From NCBI GenBank assembly GCA_035444565.1, contig DAOMOX010000003.1, forward strand, positions 31,488 to 95,487: a stretch of DNA of 64,000 bases, given 5' to 3'. The position numbers and the translations under genes are program-made. Below, piece by piece: positions 19,495-29,582 of this stretch. The notes beneath the pieces are model-generated. The model did no database searches. It was not told the DNA's origin and saw only the letters and a list, made by a program, of their open reading frames with translations. The stretch's first letter is position 1. The number at the start of each line of letters is the position of its first letter. The stretch comes from Candidatus Dojkabacteria bacterium. Its GTDB lineage: Bacteria > Patescibacteriota > Dojkabacteria > B142 > OLB20.

Positions 19495-20979
19495 GTGGGA
19501 CTGAGATATGCATACCTAAAAATAGTCGTTAATAGAAATTATCGCATATTATTAATAATCGGGTTTGTCATCGGGTGTGTTCTTAATGAAGAGACTAAAG
19601 TAACTTACCTTACCGAAGCAATTGTTGTTTTAAGTATCATTAGTTTTATAATTGTTCCTAGATTTGGGGTGGTTTTGTTATTCATGCTTGTTGGATTTCT
19701 GCGAGTAGAATTAGCAAATCACATATCTGAAGATCATGTAGCGTTTCATTTAAATAATGAAGCAGAAATCAGAACTACAGTAATTTCATATCCTCAAATC
19801 AGAAACCAAGAGCAGATATTAATACTAAAACCTATCGAGTTGAACATTGATAAAACCCCGGTAGAGATAAGAGATGGTTATATGCAATTAAAGTTATCCA
19901 GGTTCATAAATATTGGAAAGGGCGATTTGTTGAATTTTTCTGCTTATCTTGAGGAACCAGAGAATTTTGACGGATTTGATTACAAGGCACATCTTAAGTC
20001 TCAGAATATATACGCTTTGGTAAAGAATCCAGAAGGTATGGAAATTTCGAAAAATCAATCACTTTTTGATTCAGTTATTTCCAAAATTAGGACTAAGATT
20101 ATACAAGACATAAATCAATCATTTCCTGATCCTCATGCAAAATTACTTGCAGGTATGTTAATTGGTACAAGAGAGCAATTCAGTTCAGAATTTGCTAATA
20201 ATCTATCGATTACCAGTACCAGTCATGTTGTTGCTGTTTCTGGATACAATATTTCTTTAGTCAGTTCATCAATACTGAGATTGTCGGGATTCATACACAG
20301 AAAACATCTGATTTTGCTATCGTTTGTGGGAATAAGTATTTTCCTTTTATTGGTAGGCTTAGACAACCTTCCGGCTTTTAGAGCTGGTCTAATGGGCTTC
20401 GTGATGTTAATAGCAATGATGATTGGTAGGAGAGGAGCGGGGGTTTTTACTCTTTTTTTAATAGCGGGTTTTATGCATCTACAAAACCCTTTTATCTACA
20501 ATTCTCTAAGTTTTCAACTATCGTTCACAGCGACTCTAGGCTTGATGCTATTATCTACAAATTTAAACTCATTATTATCACGAATATTCAAGAATAAGTT
20601 CAATATGGATGAGCTCGCAACTACACTTTCGGCGTTAATAGTTACTTTCCCGATAACTTTCTCCAACTTTGGAAAGATAACCGTATATGGTTTATTAGCA
20701 AACTTATTGATTGCCCCTTTGATAGTGTTTATTACGTTTTCGGGCATTCTTTTTATAGTTGTAAACAGTCTGTCTACTGGAATTGGGTATTTAATTAAGA
20801 TGTTTTTGTGGGGACTACTTGAAACAATGGTACGTATTGTAGACGTAATCGCTACATTTCCATACTCAGAACTTAACTTTAGTGAAAACCTAACACTGGT
20901 AAGTGTATTCGCAATAACAACTATTGTCGTTTTTGTATTTGAATTAAATTATAAAGAGTTTCTTAGTAAAAATGATTAA
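19495..20979 (+). CDS. comEC: ComEC/Rec2 competence channel (membrane part)
   Basis: SHVVAVSGYNI, RAGLM, SFQLSF motifs; follows comEA. Confidence 0.92.
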   Translation: MGLRYAYLKIVVNRNYRILLIIGFVIGCVLNEETKVTYLTEAIVVLSIISFIIVPRFGVVLLFMLVGFLRVELANHISEDHVAFHLNNEAEIRTTVISYPQIRNQEQILILKPIELNIDKTPVEIRDGYMQLKLSRFINIGKGDLLNFSAYLEEPENFDGFDYKAHLKSQNIYALVKNPEGMEISKNQSLFDSVISKIRTKIIQDINQSFPDPHAKLLAGMLIGTREQFSSEFANNLSITSTSHVVAVSGYNISLVSSSILRLSGFIHRKHLILLSFVGISIFLLLVGLDNLPAFRAGLMGFVMLIAMMIGRRGAGVFTLFLIAGFMHLQNPFIYNSLSFQLSFTATLGLMLLSTNLNSLLSRIFKNKFNMDELATTLSALIVTFPITFSNFGKITVYGLLANLLIAPLIVFITFSGILFIVVNSLSTGIGYLIKMFLWGLLETMVRIVDVIATFPYSELNFSENLTLVSVFAITTIVVFVFELNYKEFLSKND

Positions 20980-21814
20980 AAATGTTTTAGTTGTTTTAGT
21001 CGTGTTCTGTCAGATAATTATTAACATAACTCAACATGGTGACGATGGTTTAATGTATTTGCACATGCTTGATGTGGGTCAGGGAGACGCATTTTTGTTA
21101 CGCACACCTGACAAGAAATACATTCTAGTGGATGGCGGACCTACTAGTGAATTGATTGATGTTATGTCAAAATATATGCCTTTTTGGCAGAATCAAATTG
21201 ACTTAGTTATTGCTACACATGGGGATTCCGATCATATTGGTGGATTAGTCGAGTTAAGCGAAAGATATGCTGTGAACCGTTTTATTTATAACGGAGAAAC
21301 TAAAAATACGCTTATTTACAAAGAGTTAATAAATAATATAACAGAGGACAATATTAATGTTACTATAGCCAAAAAAGGTCAGGAAATAATAGTTGGTTGT
21401 TGTACTAAAATAGATGTTTTATGGCCTGATTCTTCCGAAATAGAAGATAGTAATGATCAATCTGTCTCTATACTCCTTAAATATGGAAATTTTGAAGCAT
21501 ATTTAGCTGGAGATTTAGGTTATAAATACGAAGAAATAATAAGCAAGAGTTTGGTAGGAGATATAGAAGTAATGAAACTAAGTCACCATGGAAGTAGAAC
21601 GAGTACTTCAAGTAAGGTTCTCGATAGAATTAATCCAGAAATTGCTTTAATTTCTGCAGGTAGGGATAATAAATTTGGACATCCGCATCAAGAAGTAATA
21701 AATTTACTAGATAAAAATAAAATTATTCAGTTTCGCACAGATATGCATGGCACGGTGAGCGTTCGAAGTGACGGAGAAAATTATGATATCGAGACCGAGA
21801 ATGGTAACAAATAG
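20972..21814 (+). CDS. ComEC-associated metallo-beta-lactamase-fold protein (split ComEC C-terminal domain)
   Basis: DVGQGDA, THGDSDHIGG, HHGS, FGHPH, RTD..G. Confidence 0.9.
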   Translation: MIKNVLVVLVVFCQIIINITQHGDDGLMYLHMLDVGQGDAFLLRTPDKKYILVDGGPTSELIDVMSKYMPFWQNQIDLVIATHGDSDHIGGLVELSERYAVNRFIYNGETKNTLIYKELINNITEDNINVTIAKKGQEIIVGCCTKIDVLWPDSSEIEDSNDQSVSILLKYGNFEAYLAGDLGYKYEEIISKSLVGDIEVMKLSHHGSRTSTSSKVLDRINPEIALISAGRDNKFGHPHQEVINLLDKNKIIQFRTDMHGTVSVRSDGENYDIETENGNK

Positions 21815-21976
21815 ATAACGCAGAGTTGGTGTTGTGGTCTGCAGGGTCTGGAAAAGTGCTATATTCTATTCGCACATATGTGGGTATTGTTTGTTTTCGC
21901 AATTAGAACTAATGGGTGGTAAAAGTTTGAAGCTGAGGTAAATTCTGATAGAATTAGCGTTATTAAAAATACTATT

Positions 21977-22609
21977 ATGTTTATTGTACTAGACGGAATT
22001 GATGGAGCAGGTAAAGGTCGTCAAAGATCTGAGCTTGTGTCAAAATTATCAAATAATAAGCAACAGATTCAAACAACAGATTTTCCAGACCACCAAGGTG
22101 AAATTTATAAAAATGTAATCCATCCAGCATTACACGAGGAGATTAGTTTAAGCCCACAAGCCTGGTTTTTGGCATTTGTCCTTGACCAACTAATGTGGAA
22201 GAGCAAAATTGATGAAACAATCGGTCAAAAAGATAAGCATTTTATCAGTGATGGATATTTTACAACTACATTGGCCTATCAATGCAAGTTATCTAACGTT
22301 ATGAATGTTGAGGAAGCACTTGAGCTTGCTGATAGGTTTGGAGTCCCTAAGCCAGACTTGGTGATTTTTATTGATGTCGATCCAATAGTCGCAATGAGTA
22401 GGAAAATGATTGAAGAGGGACATGATGAAGGATTAGATATTTTCGAGAGAAATATCACTAAACAACAGAAATTAAGACAGGCGTTCACTGATTTAGCGAA
22501 AGAAAATATCTGGACTGATTGGGAGATTGTAGATGGAAACCTCTCAATTGAAGAAGTTAAGGGTGCAATTATTAAAATCTTAAATAACAAAAAATTATTA
22601 AAAATATGA
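21977..22609 (+). CDS. tmk: Thymidylate kinase
   Basis: FIVLDGIDGAGK P-loop, AYQ, PDLVIFIDV. Confidence 0.88.
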   Translation: MFIVLDGIDGAGKGRQRSELVSKLSNNKQQIQTTDFPDHQGEIYKNVIHPALHEEISLSPQAWFLAFVLDQLMWKSKIDETIGQKDKHFISDGYFTTTLAYQCKLSNVMNVEEALELADRFGVPKPDLVIFIDVDPIVAMSRKMIEEGHDEGLDIFERNITKQQKLRQAFTDLAKENIWTDWEIVDGNLSIEEVKGAIIKILNNKKLLKI

Positions 22610-23208
22610 AAAATTATCCAAATATAGAAAAAACATTTTTAATGATAAAGCCTGACGGAGTTAAAAGGGGATTGGTTGGAGATATTTTTTTTCGATTAGA
22701 ACGTGTTGGTTTGAAGCTAGTCTCAGCTAGGATGATTATGGCAACAGAAACACAAGCCAGAAAAAACTATCCAGGGACAAAAGATTGGTTAGTAAAAATG
22801 GGCGAAAAAACCATAAATAATTATAATTCTGATCTTAAGGCAGTCAAAGAGGATCTCGGTACTACTGATACACTTGAAATTGGAACCAATATTTACGAAG
22901 CACTTGTTAAATATCTTATGGAAGGGCCAGTAATTATCTCGGTGTGGGAAGGGAATCATGCGGTTAAAGTTGTCGAAAGGATTGTAGGAAAAACGGATCC
23001 TACAGTGGCGGACATTGGAACAATTCGAAGCGATTATGGATTTGATACTCCTCAGTTTGCAGTAAAATCGGGCAGGATTGTATTTAGAACGCTAATCCAT
23101 AGGTCCGACAGCTCTGAAGAAGCAAAGAGAGAGATAGAACATTGGTTTGGTAAGAATTATAAATATTTAGGAGACTATATACGTACAGATTATACAGACT
23201 CACTTTAA
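22606..23208 (+). CDS. ndk: Nucleoside diphosphate kinase paralog 1
   Basis: TFLMIKPDGVKRGLVG, GTIRSDY, IHRSDS...EIEHWF. Confidence 0.9.
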   Translation: MKNYPNIEKTFLMIKPDGVKRGLVGDIFFRLERVGLKLVSARMIMATETQARKNYPGTKDWLVKMGEKTINNYNSDLKAVKEDLGTTDTLEIGTNIYEALVKYLMEGPVIISVWEGNHAVKVVERIVGKTDPTVADIGTIRSDYGFDTPQFAVKSGRIVFRTLIHRSDSSEEAKREIEHWFGKNYKYLGDYIRTDYTDSL

Positions 23209-23225
23209 TTGATTTATTCATAAAA

Positions 23226-23822
23226 ATGGAAAAGACACTAGTAATAATTAAACATGATGCAGTGAGTAGGGGATTAATGGGTACGATTATTTCGAGATTC
23301 GAAAGAGTAGGATTAAAAATGGTGGCATTCGAATTTATTCAAAGTACGCAGGACATGGGGCATGGGCACTATCCAACAACTGATGAATGGTTTCAAAAGG
23401 TTGGAGAGAGAACCTTAAACGATTATCTTGCAAAAGGTATCAATCCAAAAGATGAGTTAGGCACAGACAGTCCACTTGAAATTGGTAAACTTGTCAAACA
23501 ATGGAATGTGGAATACCTCACACATGGACCTGTCTTAGCTATCGTTTTTGAAGGCCCGGATGCAGTTACACTAGTTCGTAAGTTGGTAGGTAATACTATC
23601 CCATCAAAAGCTGATCCTGGGACGATTCGAGGTGATTTTGGAATGGATAGTATAGAAATGGCTAATAAGCAAAAACGACCTCTTTACAACTTAATTCACG
23701 CCAGTGGCGAGATATCAGAAGCAGAGGCTGAGATTTCTCTGTGGTTTGGTAATCAAGAGGTGTTTGATTACAAACTACATAGTAATTCCATGACTGGGGT
23801 ATATGGTAAACTAGGAAGTTAA
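23226..23822 (+). CDS. ndk: Nucleoside diphosphate kinase paralog 2
   Basis: TLVIIKHDAVSRGL, PGTIRGDF, NLIHAS...EISLWF. Confidence 0.9.
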   Translation: MEKTLVIIKHDAVSRGLMGTIISRFERVGLKMVAFEFIQSTQDMGHGHYPTTDEWFQKVGERTLNDYLAKGINPKDELGTDSPLEIGKLVKQWNVEYLTHGPVLAIVFEGPDAVTLVRKLVGNTIPSKADPGTIRGDFGMDSIEMANKQKRPLYNLIHASGEISEAEAEISLWFGNQEVFDYKLHSNSMTGVYGKLGS

Positions 23823-24376
23823 TCCTCAACTATTTTTAAACATTCTTCCAGTAATAATGGAAATTTAGTGTATCCGGTTTCGGTGTTTAAATGTCCACCT
23901 TTTTCAATAATCATTTCCTCAACGTTCAATTTTTCTGATAGATACTTAAGTTCATTTTGAGGGACATATGGATCATCATTACCAAAAATAATAGATATAT
24001 TCTTCGTATTCTTGCGTATCATATTCATATCTATATGTTTTTCTTTTAGAAAATAACTATTCAGTTCCATTCCGTAATCTCTGGCAAATCCGGAAACGGA
24101 AACAAGTCCTAGGATGGCTTCTGGAGACTGTTCAATATAATCCATCGCCGTAACAGCCCCTAACGAGTGTGTGACAAATACAAGATTATTTGTGTTGATA
24201 TCTCTGAGTTTTTCTTTAAGGAATTCGAGCCATTCTGTTCTGTCGGGATGGTCAGGATTGGGCAGAGTAGGCATAATTACTTTTTGACCAGATTTCTCTA
24301 GCTCTGATTTAAGCCATGCTTGCCAGTGTTTCCCTGCGTGGCCTTGAATTCCGTGAATGATAAAGAATGTTTTCAT
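23819..24376 (-). CDS. RBBP9/YdeN-type alpha/beta hydrolase
   Basis: IIHG..G..HW..WL, HSLG nucleophile motif, DDPYVP, GGH. Confidence 0.88.
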   Translation of the reverse strand: MKTFFIIHGIQGHAGKHWQAWLKSELEKSGQKVIMPTLPNPDHPDRTEWLEFLKEKLRDINTNNLVFVTHSLGAVTAMDYIEQSPEAILGLVSVSGFARDYGMELNSYFLKEKHIDMNMIRKNTKNISIIFGNDDPYVPQNELKYLSEKLNVEEMIIEKGGHLNTETGYTKFPLLLEECLKIVED

Positions 24377-24387
24377 AGTTATTAATT

Positions 24388-24460
24388 TGTTGCTGGAGGG
24401 ACTTGAACCCCCAACCTTATCCTTAGGACGGATCTGCTCTATCCATTGAGCTACAGCAAC
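24388..24460 (-). tRNA. tRNA-Arg(CCU)
   Basis: Cloverleaf on the minus strand; loop GTCCTAA; GTTGCTG/CAGCAAC acceptor stem. Confidence 0.9.
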
Positions 24461-24625
24461 TACTAAATCAAGATTTCATAAATGAAGTGAAATGAAATCT
24501 TTGATTTTGTGTTGTCCCGCACAATCTAAGATTGATGCGGGACCTCATTTAAATAATAAATAATTAATTTCCTCATTTTCATGCATACCTCTTGGTGCTT
24601 ATCTAATTCGCTAATCCTGCTTTAA

Positions 24626-24784
24626 GGGACAAGTTCGGGTAAACTCACCTGCACTTCATTTGGTTCATTAACCCCTCGATTGATTTTATAGAGCAATGTG
24701 TAGGTCCCGTATAACTCGCTGTGCTCGTTTACGGGACAAGTTCGGGTAAACTCACCTGCACTTCGTTTGGTTCGTTAACCCCTC
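24626..24784. repeat. 52-bp direct repeat (24626-24677, 24733-24784; 2 mismatches) among hairpins upstream of tRNA-Arg
   Basis: GGGACAAGTTCGGGTAAACTCACCTGCACTTCRTTTGGTTCRTTAACCCCTC occurs twice. Confidence 0.9.
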
Positions 24785-24823
24785 ACATGATTATACCCCA
24801 CAAGATTATAAGCGTATAGGGCA

Positions 24824-26311
24824 TTAGAGGTTAAACGGAAGTGATGAAGTATTTAGTACAAGTTTAAATAGATTTTTGTTCAGTATATTTTCTTCTGAAG
24901 CGTCTTCAACCATAAGTGTGAGGCTAGATCCATCTTTCTGGAACTTATAATAGCCATTGTCGATAGTGGTATTATTCAAAATATCTATTATATTACTACC
25001 ATCATTCTCGCTAATTTGTATCTTTTCTAGAGGATAGTTATTTATAATCACAAGGTTTGAATTATTAATGTATTTAGGCTTTAAGTTTATATCAATCATT
25101 GACGGAGTAGTCTTAACAGACAAAGACAAGTCAATTAGTGATTTTTCAATTACGGTAAAGACGACTTGATTGTTGTTATTAAAGATAATACTTGTGCCAT
25201 CAAAGCTTATGTTGATAATTTCTCCAGTATCACTAATCTTAATAAATTGTTTTTTCTCCAGATGGTAATAGTAGTAGCTTGTATCACTTCTGATAATAAT
25301 CGAAGAACCATCTCTAGCTAATCTGAGGTCGTTTATATTATTTATGGGGAAATTCGAAGGCAACTGTAAAACACGAGCTACCTGATTCTGATATAAGCTG
25401 ATACTATTATTTATGGAAGAATATGCATAAAGTATTTCTCCATCTGTATCATAGATAGGTTTTGTCTCAGGTAAGTAACCTACGATTGTTTTTTCCTGAT
25501 TTACGATATTATATTCAATAATGATTTCATCATTCGATACTATAAGAGAGTTATTGTTGTTGAACCAGTTTACTTTAGTAGGATAGAAACCAATTTGTTC
25601 GTTTAAATTTATAATTTTTTCGGCTGTGTTTGACTTTGTGGGATCAAAAATTATGACAGTTTGAAGAGTAGGATTTACAATTAGCATCTTATTATTTGTT
25701 TGATCGATTTTTACTTCAATATCAGGATCGGTAAAATATGATAGTGAAGTATCTTCAAGCGCAATAATTTTTTCTGGATCAGAGTTTCTTCTAAAGAATA
25801 ATTCTTGTTCTTCAAGTCTAAGTCGCCATAGGCCTTGATCATTTGGTTCTACAAGGGAATCATTTACAAGATAATAAGCATAAGATCCATCTTCGCTGAA
25901 GAATAGTTTTGAGATGTTAGTTTGTGTTAATTGAGTAAGTTCTGGTTCGAGGGGAAATAACTTCACTTGAATAGTAGTAACGTATGAGGGGGAAATCTCA
26001 ATATCTTTTTCCCAACTATGAAATTTTGTGGATTCAATTCTAATGGTATGAATACCCGGAGTGATATTATTGATTAATCTTTCGTCTGATTTAATTTGTT
26101 TGTCATCAAGGTATACCAAATTTTCTTTATCTTCAGGTTGTATTTCTAGTCTTATACTACCAGTCTCGACTATACCTGTTCTGGTGATTTTCCCCCCTTG
26201 GGTGTAGATAATTGCTATAATAGCTGTACTAATGAATAGCGTAACTACTATAATTACCAATAAAGTATTGAGGAACTTTTTTGTTCTGATTCGTTTTTTT
26301 GATTTGCTCAC
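24824..26311 (-). CDS. PEGA-domain, TolB-like beta-propeller membrane protein
   Basis: N-terminal TM helix; GSI.L..QP...VYLD...I.PG.HTIRI....W.K.I pattern; repeated FS.DGS. Confidence 0.75.
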   Translation of the reverse strand: MSKSKKRIRTKKFLNTLLVIIVVTLFISTAIIAIIYTQGGKITRTGIVETGSIRLEIQPEDKENLVYLDDKQIKSDERLINNITPGIHTIRIESTKFHSWEKDIEISPSYVTTIQVKLFPLEPELTQLTQTNISKLFFSEDGSYAYYLVNDSLVEPNDQGLWRLRLEEQELFFRRNSDPEKIIALEDTSLSYFTDPDIEVKIDQTNNKMLIVNPTLQTVIIFDPTKSNTAEKIINLNEQIGFYPTKVNWFNNNNSLIVSNDEIIIEYNIVNQEKTIVGYLPETKPIYDTDGEILYAYSSINNSISLYQNQVARVLQLPSNFPINNINDLRLARDGSSIIIRSDTSYYYYHLEKKQFIKISDTGEIINISFDGTSIIFNNNNQVVFTVIEKSLIDLSLSVKTTPSMIDINLKPKYINNSNLVIINNYPLEKIQISENDGSNIIDILNNTTIDNGYYKFQKDGSSLTLMVEDASEENILNKNLFKLVLNTSSLPFNL

Positions 26312-26375
26312 TTGAAATGTTTAAATTGATGAATACAAGTATAGCAAACTGTTAATTTGAATAAAATAAAATAAA

Positions 26376-27383
26376 ATGGCAGGAAAAAAAATAGCAATAG
26401 ATTTAGGTACAGCGAATTTTTTAGTAGCTGTAGAAGGCAAGGGCATAATTCTAAACGAGCCTACCGTTGTAGCTATTGATATGGACACCAAGAAAGTCCT
26501 TGCAGTAGGCACAAATGCAAAACAAATGTTAGGGAAAGTGCCAGGAAATATTATTGCTCGTAGACCACTTAAACAAGGAGTAATTGCAAGTTATAAGCTG
26601 ACTGAAGCGTTGATTTCTGCTATGCTTGCAAAAGCACTAGGTAGGACTAGGTTCTTTAAACCAGAGGTAATGATTAGTGTTCCTGCTGGCATCACGTCAG
26701 TGGAACAAAGAGCAGTTATAGAAGCTGCAGTTACAGCCGGGGCTGGTAAAGTTTATCTTGTTCCCGAACCAATTGCCGCTGCAATAGGAGCACAGTTGCC
26801 AGTGAGCTCCAGTGCAGGGAATATGATTGTTAATATGGGAGGAGGAACATCGGAAATTGCAATAATTTCAATGAATGGTATTGTCACTTACGAGTCCAAA
26901 AGAGTAGCAGGTGATGCGATTAATGATGCAATAATTAATTTCGTTCGAAAGAAATATTCACTGGCCATTGGTGAGCAAATGGCAGAGCAAATTAAAATTG
27001 ATATTGGAAGTGCTAAGATGATGGACAAACCATTGGAAAAACATGTTCGTGGTAGAGATGTAACAACTGGATTGCCACATTCAATTCATCTAACTTCAAA
27101 TGATTTCGTAGAGCCTATTAATCAAGTACTCAACCAAATTCTTGCATCGATAAAAAATGTCCTTGAGAAAACTCCTCCAGAGTTATCCTCCGATATTATA
27201 GATAGGGGAATAGTATTAAGCGGAGGAACTTCGATATTGAGAAATATTGATGAGCTTTTTACTAATGCAATTGGAGTTCCTTTTCATACCGTAGAAAACC
27301 CACAGGAATGCGTTATAAATGGTATTCTTGAGTCACTAGACCACATTGAGGTACTAAAAGCAGGATTGAGAAGTATTACCTGA
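26376..27383 (+). CDS. mreB: MreB/Mbl actin homolog, stand-alone paralog
   Basis: IAIDLGTAN, EPIAAAIGA, GGGTSEIA, LEKTPPEL. Confidence 0.92.
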   Translation: MAGKKIAIDLGTANFLVAVEGKGIILNEPTVVAIDMDTKKVLAVGTNAKQMLGKVPGNIIARRPLKQGVIASYKLTEALISAMLAKALGRTRFFKPEVMISVPAGITSVEQRAVIEAAVTAGAGKVYLVPEPIAAAIGAQLPVSSSAGNMIVNMGGGTSEIAIISMNGIVTYESKRVAGDAINDAIINFVRKKYSLAIGEQMAEQIKIDIGSAKMMDKPLEKHVRGRDVTTGLPHSIHLTSNDFVEPINQVLNQILASIKNVLEKTPPELSSDIIDRGIVLSGGTSILRNIDELFTNAIGVPFHTVENPQECVINGILESLDHIEVLKAGLRSIT

Positions 27384-28788
27384 TTTTTGATGGGTCGATT
27401 AAGAATTTGGTTAAAGATTTCCTACCTATAATTGCATTGTATGTAAGACCACTTCTGTCAAATATGGATACTTTTGTTTCGTATGTTGTGTCTTGAATTT
27501 TGATTTTAAGTATAATATTGACTCGGATACTCATCCCGTGACTAGATTTGACGAGATTCACCTCATAAACATCATCGTGTTTTTTAGTTAATTCCTTGTT
27601 TAATTTTCGCACAATTTTTAAACCTTCCTCATAGTCTACATTCTCAGGAATTATCCCACTGTCTATAATATCTAATACCTCTGTATATCCTAATTTCCTA
27701 GCAATTTCTTTGTCGATTGAAGTAGAGTCGGCACCTGTATCGACTTTTGCAATAGTAGCAGTAGTTTTATCGTCTTTTCCATAAAAAGTCACAGTTTCGT
27801 AAATACCAATAAGATCCTTTCCAGCTATGCTTTCAATACCTTCTTCAATTTCTCCTCCGAACATGTCTTTTCCAAGTCGTACACCTTTCTCGACATCTTT
27901 AACCTTCAAACCTGTGGCTTTTTTCAGTCTCCATCTTAGTCCATCATCGTTAGCTAATTGTATAGAAAGCCCAGGACGAGCATTTAGCTCAACAATAAGT
28001 GGTCCCAAATCTCTATCGAGAAGAAAATCTACAGCAGCAAATCTCAGGTTGGTAGCTTTTTGTGCTTCTACCGCATACTGCAACATTTTGCTCCAGTAGG
28101 GGATACGTAAACCGCTCAATCGAAGTTTAGTCCCAGGTACATATTCTATGTATCCACTTTTCCCGTGAATTGCGCTTGTTGTACGACCTTTTGCTAAGTC
28201 AATTCCAACTCCAATCGCCCCCATCGCCAAGTTAGCTTTTCCGGCAGATTCTTTTGTTGCTAGGCGGATATAGGACATAATTGGAATATTATTGAAAACG
28301 ATCACTCGGATATCAGGTGTTCCTTTGTAAGAATAGTATTTAAATTCATGATGAATTTTTACTCGTTCTTCAATCAGAATACTGTCTGGTTCTTGGTGAA
28401 TGGAGTAACGTCCATTTAATATATCGATGCAGTGATGATAAAATTCATCTGGGGAGACCTTTGATTTATCCGCACGAATCCAATTGTTCTGTTTATCCCT
28501 GTTATAAAAAATCTCAATTCCTCCACCTTCGAGACCTGTCACGGGCTTTAAAACGAAACTATTTGGTAAGGTACTAAAGTCAAGTTCCCTAAGTTCTTTT
28601 TGGTTATGGATTATGGTGATGAGTTTGGGTGTGGGTATTTCTGCCTTGTTTAACACAGTTTTGGTCAAAACCTTATCATCCGCAATCTTCTTGGATTTAG
28701 TAGTATTATACTCGCTAATGTACGAAAGATTTCTTTCGTTGATACCTAGCACTTGTTTTCTGTTTTTCCAATAATCGAGGTAGCTCAT
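27376..28788 (-). CDS. RimK-like ATP-grasp ligase fused to a C-terminal retropepsin-like protease domain
   Basis: VLGINERN, DDK..TK, DIRVIV, ANL..GAIGVGID, ELNARPGLSIQLAN; then AKVDTGADSTSID and DRS.L.Y..IIGR. Confidence 0.85.
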   Translation of the reverse strand: MSYLDYWKNRKQVLGINERNLSYISEYNTTKSKKIADDKVLTKTVLNKAEIPTPKLITIIHNQKELRELDFSTLPNSFVLKPVTGLEGGGIEIFYNRDKQNNWIRADKSKVSPDEFYHHCIDILNGRYSIHQEPDSILIEERVKIHHEFKYYSYKGTPDIRVIVFNNIPIMSYIRLATKESAGKANLAMGAIGVGIDLAKGRTTSAIHGKSGYIEYVPGTKLRLSGLRIPYWSKMLQYAVEAQKATNLRFAAVDFLLDRDLGPLIVELNARPGLSIQLANDDGLRWRLKKATGLKVKDVEKGVRLGKDMFGGEIEEGIESIAGKDLIGIYETVTFYGKDDKTTATIAKVDTGADSTSIDKEIARKLGYTEVLDIIDSGIIPENVDYEEGLKIVRKLNKELTKKHDDVYEVNLVKSSHGMSIRVNIILKIKIQDTTYETKVSIFDRSGLTYNAIIGRKSLTKFLIDPSKIR

Positions 28789-29474
28789 GATTCAGAATCT
28801 TTTTTTAATAGTTCTCTAAATCTATAAATCTCGCTTAATCTTAGACCAGTGAATCTACCAATAAAATAATTCACTGGAAAACTAAGTAATATAATCCAAG
28901 GATAATTCAGGAAAGCATTTTGTACGCTCTGGGAGCTTATTACTAAGAAACAGATCATTCCAAGTAAGATTGTTTGCAATGATAACATGAGTGCGGTAGT
29001 TGTCTGTTTCGAAGCGAGTAGGTTAGTAAATCTCTCTGAAATTGAAGCGAGTAATATTAATGAAAATATGTCAACACGCAATATACCACCTCTGTCCATT
29101 AGGTCTAGTATAAATAGAACTACTAGTAGGGAAATTGTCACGTTTGTTGTGACAATGGCTAGCTTCGAATAATAATGTAGAGTTAAAGGCTGAACAATCT
29201 TATAACTAATATACGAACTAATAAAAACAATTAATGTGATGAAAAGTCCATATTTCAAACCCTGCCATACTGAAACACCTCCATCGATTCTACTGAACTG
29301 ATAGAACATAAAAGTTAATATCACTGGCACATAGATACCAAATGATTTCACGCCCATTATGTATTTGGCAAAGCTGATAATCGTAATAACAAGGGGTAGG
29401 GTAACCAAGAAAATTAGTGTGTTCGGATCTAGACTGAGATTGTTCTCAAATTGTGATAATGCGATTCCAGGCAT
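28785..29474 (-). CDS. 7TM_transglut-like membrane protein
   Basis: GVKSFGIYVP motif, several TM helices, GRFTGLRLSE.YRFR; overlaps the ATP-grasp gene start. Confidence 0.85.
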   Translation of the reverse strand: MPGIALSQFENNLSLDPNTLIFLVTLPLVITIISFAKYIMGVKSFGIYVPVILTFMFYQFSRIDGGVSVWQGLKYGLFITLIVFISSYISYKIVQPLTLHYYSKLAIVTTNVTISLLVVLFILDLMDRGGILRVDIFSLILLASISERFTNLLASKQTTTALMLSLQTILLGMICFLVISSQSVQNAFLNYPWIILLSFPVNYFIGRFTGLRLSEIYRFRELLKKDSES

Positions 29475-29536
29475 AGTTTCAATACTAAAATATGTGTAGA
29501 TTATACCTTAAATTAAATAAAAACAACACGAAACAA

Positions 29537-29562
29537 AAACCCCGTAATGAAGTACGGGGTTT
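29537..29562 (-). terminator. Intrinsic terminator after rplL
   Basis: AAACCCCGTA/TACGGGGTTT hairpin with T runs. Confidence 0.7.
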
Positions 29563-29582
29563 AGTTTTTCGTGATAGAGCAA

